A stretch of 64,000 nt of DNA from Macrostomum lignano (taxonomy: Eukaryota), in contig NIVC01001937.1 of NCBI GenBank assembly GCA_002269645.1, positions 62,001-126,000 on the forward strand, in the 5' to 3' direction. Numbering within the stretch: position 1 is the first letter of the stretch; every line of letters begins with the position of its first letter. The notes beneath the pieces are model-generated. The model was not told the origin of the DNA. It did not search any database and saw only the letters and a program-made list of their open reading frames with translations. Shown piece after piece: positions 57,888-64,000 of the stretch. The position numbers were made by a program, and so were the translations under genes.

Positions 57888-60179
57888 GTGTCTGTCTGTC
57901 TGTCTGTCTGGCTGTCTGTCTGCCTGTCTGTAAACACTATAAATCTGCAACCCAATTGCAGGCCGACGCTCGCGCTGCGCCTAAAAGGCGTCACATTCCT
58001 GGCCGGCCGCGGCCCACTCGCCTGCCCACTGACCAGCGGCGTCCTGCCGAACCGGCGCCGCCGCCAGCCCGCGACCTCCTACGGCTTGGCCGGCATGCGG
58101 CGCCTCCTGGCCGCCACCTTCCGCTCCGTAGATCTCGAGGCCGAGCGTCTGAGCGCACGGCGCAGCCTAGCCGAGGCCGAGCGCCCCATGGCCGGGCGGC
58201 GCCGCGCCGAGGAGATGCGCGCCCTGGTGCGGCTCCGACGCCGTCAGGTTGCCGGTCAGGCTGCCCTGCTTAGCGAATGGCGCCAGCGACTGGCGACTCT
58301 GCGCAGCGAGACCGGCCAGTTGGCCGACAGCCTGGCAGCTTGTGAGTCTGGCATTGGCTTGGCATTGACACAAGCTTGAGTAAAACTTTTCTGTCACACA
58401 GATGCTCTTTTGGGTTAGAAAGAAGGAAGTCAAAGTGCCAGAGACGGTTTTCATTCCTAGCATAGCCATATTCATTTAGAGCATGAGTCGGCGGCAAACT
58501 CCGGCCCGCAGAGCCTCTCTATCCGGCCCTTGGGTCTTTTGAAATAATTCACAATAGCAATCCGGCCCGCTCAATGTTTACAAGCTATCTCTTCTCAGCG
58601 CTCTTCTCTCTCATCTCTTCTCCTCTTCTCTCCACTCCTCTCTTCTCCTTTAATCTCTCGCCTCTCCTTTCTCTTATCTTCCTTCTCTACCGGTGACTTG
58701 AGCTTGCGAATTATTTTTTACACAAGCCATTTAAAGTGTTGTTACAGTTCATTTGTTATCATAAACTGTCTGTATGCGCAGTGAGCGTGGCTGCCGAGGC
58801 CGCAGCCGACTCCGTACGCGACAACTGCTCAAGCCTACGCGTCGGTCAGCTGGAGCTGCAGCAGGCCCGCGGTCAGCTGGCCAATCAGCGGCAGGCCTGG
58901 TTCGAACAGCTGGCTGAAATTTTCCGCTTAGGCGACGAGAGCATCGCCGACGTGCCGCTGCCCATGTCTAAACGGCTGGAGGGCCGCCTGTCCAGCGCTG
59001 AGGAGGCCAAGTATGCCGCCGCATTCGGCATGACCGCCCAGCTGACCCAGCTGATAGCCTCCGTGATGGACTGCCCGCTGGTGAGTTGGCGCTAGCTGTC
59101 GCTGTGCTCTTCATCGTTTGACCATCGTTTAAAGACCAACCATCTGACTAACTTTTTCTGACTAAGATTTTAGGCACACGGGAGAGATTGTAGGCACCCG
59201 GGGAGAGATTGTAGGCACCCGGGGAGAGATTGTAGGCACACGGAGAGAGATTGTAGGGACCCGGGGAGAGATTGTAGGCACCCGGGGAGAGATTGTAGGC
59301 ACACGGAGAGAGATTGTAGGCACCCGGGGAGAGATTGTAGGGACACGGGGAGAGATTGTAGGCACACGGGGAGAGATTGTAGGCACACGGGGAGAGATTG
59401 TAGGCACACGGGGAGGAGATTGTAGGGACACGGGGAGCGATTTTAGGGACATGAGGAGAGAGATTGCAAAGACATGAGGAGAGCGATAACAGACATGTGG
59501 TGAGAGATTACAGAGTTGCGAGGCTGTCAATCTTCAAGACTGAATTGTTAAATATCTCGACGGTGTTGCATTTTCACTGTTGATTTGAGATAACTTTCTG
59601 TAATCCATTAAGACCACTTAAGAGAATTCTGCATTCTTCAAGAGTGTAATTTAAAATACACTTTCATTCGCATTCCAGCGTCACAGCCTCATCTGCCGCG
59701 GCTCAAAGTCTCTCGTTCGGGACGACGTTATACTAAACTTTGCCGAGCGCGAGTTCCCTCTCTACAGTCGGGGCAAGGAGCGCAGCTACTTCCTCCGCGG
59801 CGTGTTCCTGCTCAACCTCAACATCTACGGCCTGTGGTGCAACGCCGGCCTCAATACGCGCCGGCCGCCAAATCTGCGCGCCACAGCGCAGAACCTGCGC
59901 GAACTGCTCGGCTACCTGGCCGGCCAGCCGTCCGACAATGTCCTGCCTGCTAGCGAAAATTCAGACAGGTCGCTGTGCCCTCTGGGCTTTCACATTGAAC
60001 GGCCGTTGAACCCGGCCGCTAGCGAGCTGCAGCAGCAGCAGGCCTCGGACAGCGAAGCTGCCGTGGCTGTGGCCGCAGCGGCCACGTCAGTAGCGGGCAG
60101 CACCGAGTCTGCCGGCGCCGACTGCCTGCTGCCTCGGCCTGGCACCAGTCCGTCGGGGCTGAGTGTACAGTCGGCCTGA
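57185..60179 (+). CDS. UVRAG: UV radiation resistance-associated protein (PI3KC3 complex II subunit), 588 aa; exons 57185-57771, 57962-58341, 58782-59080, 59679-60179
   Basis: C2-like LRVRHL...FFTL...FYKSD, a coiled-coil region, and the hallmark C-terminal PL|RHSLICRGSKS..EREFPLYSRG....F..GVFLLNLNI. Phases 2/1/0 are consistent; 1767 nt total. Confidence 0.92.
57780..57930. repeat. (CTGT)n microsatellite in UVRAG intron 1
   Basis: Starts ~8 nt after the donor. Confidence 0.97.
58482..58690 (+). mobile_element. Charlie-type MITE 5' part with a short CT tract, in UVRAG intron 2
   Basis: GGCAAACTCCGGCCCGC...ATCCGGCCC...TCTCTTCTCAGCGCTC, preceded by ATTTAGAG. Confidence 0.7.
59175..59510. repeat. 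21-bp minisatellite (gggagagattgtaggcacacg) in UVRAG intron 3
   Basis: Tandem units, decaying rightward. Confidence 0.93.
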
Positions 60180-61758
60180 GCTTCAGTCAAGCGTATCGGT
60201 TGCAATACAAAGTTCGATAGCTCGGCGCCTAGGGGTTTTATTATTTAAGTCTTAGTGCGAGTACATTTATGTCGGATCTGTAACTGGCTACTTCAATTAA
60301 AGCAGGCGGATGATAAAGTGTTCCGTCTTAAACAAATCCGTAAGCTCTGCATGCAGTTTATTGAGTATATATTCATCTATTCTTAAGGCTGTTTGTATCT
60401 TCTAACTGAACTCAACTCTATGCAACACATGTATCTGCCTGTGACCTGATGTCTTTGTTGTATAGTAATTGGATTCTTATACATGCTCTGTTGATTAGTT
60501 ATCATTTAATACGAACCTGACTACAATCGTTCCTTTTGCTTAATTAATTCCTTTATTTTTATCTGTTTGTTGTCATGATTGGCTTGACGGATTTGCTAGC
60601 AATGGTAGTTATTACGGTAGTATTGATAAAAGAAGCACCTGTAATAGATTATTATTTGGAATAAACCAATAAACAACTTGATGTGTTTTGTAATAATTGT
60701 GATAATCATTTACTACGAGATACACCTACATACAGTGCGGCACAGTTACTGTGTTTGTGTTTTCATGCCTTGTGTACGATAATAAAAATAAACTAAATTC
60801 GGCTATATGAAATATATTTCAAGGCGCCTGACGATTCAGATAGAGCTTAATATTTGCACTTAAAATGTATTAATTGTGTACAACTATACATGTACAATTA
60901 TATATGTAATGGGCATCATTCGTGTGAAGTATCTTGCTCCCCTGTCAGTAGTATTTTAGCGCGAAAAAACTCTGGGAGCATTAATTAATGAGCCACACAG
61001 TACGCAATGAATTCTAGAACGTTATCCGAGGCATTGGTGTAGTATAGATTTACATGCTTACTGTACAAATAAACCACATGCAGTTTATGAGTGAAAGGGA
61101 ATGTGTCCTCTTTTGTCAGGTAATGGTATCGAATGCGCTGCAGCCGCAATCTTCTTTGGTCCCAGATCAAGTAATAAGTTGTGCTATGCGTCATGATCCA
61201 TGATCATTGGCAATCATTGCTAATAGAAAATATTTATTTGAGCGGGAATGCCCTGATTAAGTAATCCTAACTCCTAAGTAACTAAGTATTACTAAGTAAT
61301 CCTAATATTCCTAAGTAACTCTATACAAAGCATCATATCAAATATCACAAATTAGAGTTAATGATATGCTATTAAGTATTAAATACGAAATTCAAAAAAA
61401 GAATAATTCAACATTCAAGCCGAACAGTCGTGAATCCACGGTAGTTAAAAGTTGTAGCTATTTTAAATTGACAATTTAAGCCGTTTTCGTAGAAGCGAGA
61501 ATAATAATTTTTTAAAGAACCGATTGACTTCGGAAGCCGTTTCTTGTGTTTTGTGCCTTTTGTGCTATCTTCTAGTTCATTAGTAATTTTAGTTACACTT
61601 ATTTAAAATTTTGTTGAACTTTCTTAAATATGTTTGCAGATCTTAAATGCAAGTTTAATGCAAATTCGACAAACCCACAGCTTAAATTAAATAACTAAAG
61701 GATCAAACACAGTGTTACCCTCCAAAAAAATAAAAAAGTTTTATTTTATTCTTTCAAA

Positions 61759-63127
61759 ATGGCACTTTATAAGCCAGTTGTTTCATGTAAGTAGTTTTTT
61801 TCTTTCTTAGGTCTTTGTTGTGATTTTCCCACATCAAATTTTTACTATTAGTATTAATAAAATTTTAATTTGGTTTCAGTGGTGCACAAGCAATATCCTG
61901 CTTGAAGTTTGAAGTCTACTGCATTCGCCCCACATTGAATGACCACTGATTAAGTCTACCTACCCAACTGATAGACTTTGGGCCAAAGACAAAGTATCAA
62001 GCCAGGTCATTTTGCACCAATTTAAATTGCAAATTTTAAAGAGAATTAAATTATCAAAAAAATTTATGTTCCTTTTGTTATTGTCAAATATCATCCTTTA
62101 GATAGAAATCATTGCAGCAATAACTAAGCTCCATAATTTCCCATTTGCTAATATTGATAGATGCTTTTATTAAAAACTGTCATTGTAAAGTTTAGTAGCT
62201 AAAACTCTTATAATATTTATTCTCTTAAAAAATGGTGTACAAGAAACTCTGGGCTTGGTATAATTTTTTTTAATTTTATGTTGTTTTAAATTGAAAAAAC
62301 ATGATTTTCATTCCGGTGTACACCTGCCATGATCTAGACTATGGGGCCTAGCCTAAGTAGGCACATAGAAGTAGATATATATAACATAGGTCTGCTCACA
62401 CATGAGTTTATATAGTGGCCTTGACTTTTTATTATTAGGTATATGCATTTCACTGTGCCACTGTCACATGCATTTTCTTTGTGAAGTTTTGGTATAATAT
62501 ATTTAATTGGCTATTTCTAGTTCAAATTTATGAAAATGATATAGCTAAATTATTGAAAAGTATAATTAATAGATTTAAATTATGCAAAACTGCAAATTTT
62601 GCTTGAAATTTTTTACTTGACTACTAAGCATAGCTAATTAGCTTCATCACTCATTTAGCTTTGCTTTTCTAACCTCACAATTTTAGGGTGTGGTACATCG
62701 CCCTACTGCAGCAAGCTTCAGCAAGCAATTCAGCGCAACATTCCAACACAGCCAATATCCTACAGAATGTAACTTTTATTTGTTGCTTTTGCTTCTCTAG
62801 TTTCCTTTTTTTGTGGCTAAATTTTTTCACTAATAATTGGACCAACAATAATTTACTCTTAAAATTCTACTCTCTTCAAACCAGAGGGCAAACAGATAGG
62901 AATGTTCACGTCCAGTGCGACTTTGTTGTCTATTCGGAGACCGACTTGCCTCAGACGCCCGAGGCTGCCAATGTCATCGGCCGCCCCTTGGTACACATCT
63001 TTGTTGTTGCAGAGGTAAGCGAGAAAGACGGGTACTAAGCTGGACCACAGAGTATACACGGAATGACAGACAGGCAAGCAGACAGACAGACGGACAGACG
63101 GACAGACACGAAGACAGACAGACACTA

Positions 63128-63168
<41 letters not shown>

Positions 63169-63171
63169 CTA

Positions 63172-63204
<33 letters not shown>

Positions 63205-63883
63205 GTCAGGCACTAAGACAGACAGACACTAAGACAGACGGTCAGACACTAAGACAGACAGACACTAAGACAGACGAACACTAAGACAGACAGACACTGA
63301 GACGGTCAGACACTAAGACAGACAGACACTAAGACAGACAGACACTGAGACAGACAGACACTGAGACAGACAGACACTGAGACAGACACTGAGACAGACA
63401 GACACTAAGACAGACATACACTGAGACAGACAGAAACTGAGACAGACAGACACTGAGACAGACAGACACTAAGACAGACAGACAGACACTGAGACAGACA
63501 GACACTAAGACAGACAGACGAACACTAAGACAGACAGATACTAAGACAGACAGACACTGAGACAGACAGACAGACACTAAGACAGACAGACACTGAGACA
63601 GACAGACACTGAGACAGACAGACACTGAGACAGACAGAGAGACAAATACCGGTAGATAATCACATTTTTATTTCCGCTCCCCATCACAGAAAATTTCCAG
63701 CCCAATTTCCAAGGCCGGCGGCCAGCGGCTGGAGGCCTGGCTTCGCGCGCTTGAACGGCGCTGCATCAACGACTGGATGGTGTTGGTGATTGGCGAGGAC
63801 TGCGTCGGCAAGCCGAGGTCAAAGGTCAAGCCGGTGCTGGCCGATCGTTTGAAGGTCGATTTCTGTCGACAGAAGCCGAACAG
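61759..63883 (+). CDS. TRAPPC10: TRAPP II subunit TRAPPC10 (Trs130), 5' part; exons 61759-61786, 62687-62768, 62885-63014, 63690-63883, continuing beyond the window
   Basis: The spliced peptide [12 protein letters not shown]...[23 protein letters not shown]...RPLVHIF...DWMVLVI...[10 protein letters not shown] matches the TRAPPC10 N-terminus (KPIVTC..LPREP..FLHIY..DWLIV..DKIRNDFC). Phases 1/2/0 are consistent. Confidence 0.85.
63065..63645. repeat. (CAGA)n-based compound microsatellite in TRAPPC10 intron 3
   Basis: Direct inspection. Confidence 0.97.
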
Positions 63884-64000
63884 GTGAGGCTCCGCTTTGA
63901 GGGTAACAATTAGTGCATGTTAATTAGTCACGACATTAGTCACGAATTAGCTCACGACAAACCTCCATCATATGGCAGAGTGGTGGTGCTCTATGATCCG

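Noticed and set aside
61880-62005. Alternative TRAPPC10 exon 2
   Set aside because: Has an acceptor-like start, but stops occur in all three frames and the phase is incompatible with exon 1. Exon 62687-62768 fits the family much better.

Overview
Eukaryotic genomic DNA: intron-containing genes with GC3-rich exons, AT-rich spacers and about 20 unrelated mini/microsatellites. The style is most consistent with a free-living flatworm such as Macrostomum (inference, not verified). Gene models below were rebuilt by hand from GT-AG sites with consistent reading phase. In order: a decayed Ty3/gypsy RT fragment; an intact Piwi; actin with two CArG boxes and a TATA box; a 6-exon p70 S6 kinase whose introns are filled with satellites; a 4-exon orphan secreted protein; two tandem Ly6/three-finger genes flanking an importin-alpha-like gene that lacks the IBB domain; a ~6 kb Mutator-like element with long TIRs and a PHD-finger ORF; and a same-strand run of an orphan SxIP-motif gene, LAMTOR2, UVRAG and TRAPPC10 (5' part). 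Other repeats include two tRNA-derived CORE-type SINEs and hAT-type MITEs. The most striking observation is a ~72-copy 16-bp array made of the MiT/TFE M-box (AGTCATGTGC), ending in a canonical GTCACGTG site about 250 bp upstream of the autophagy gene UVRAG.
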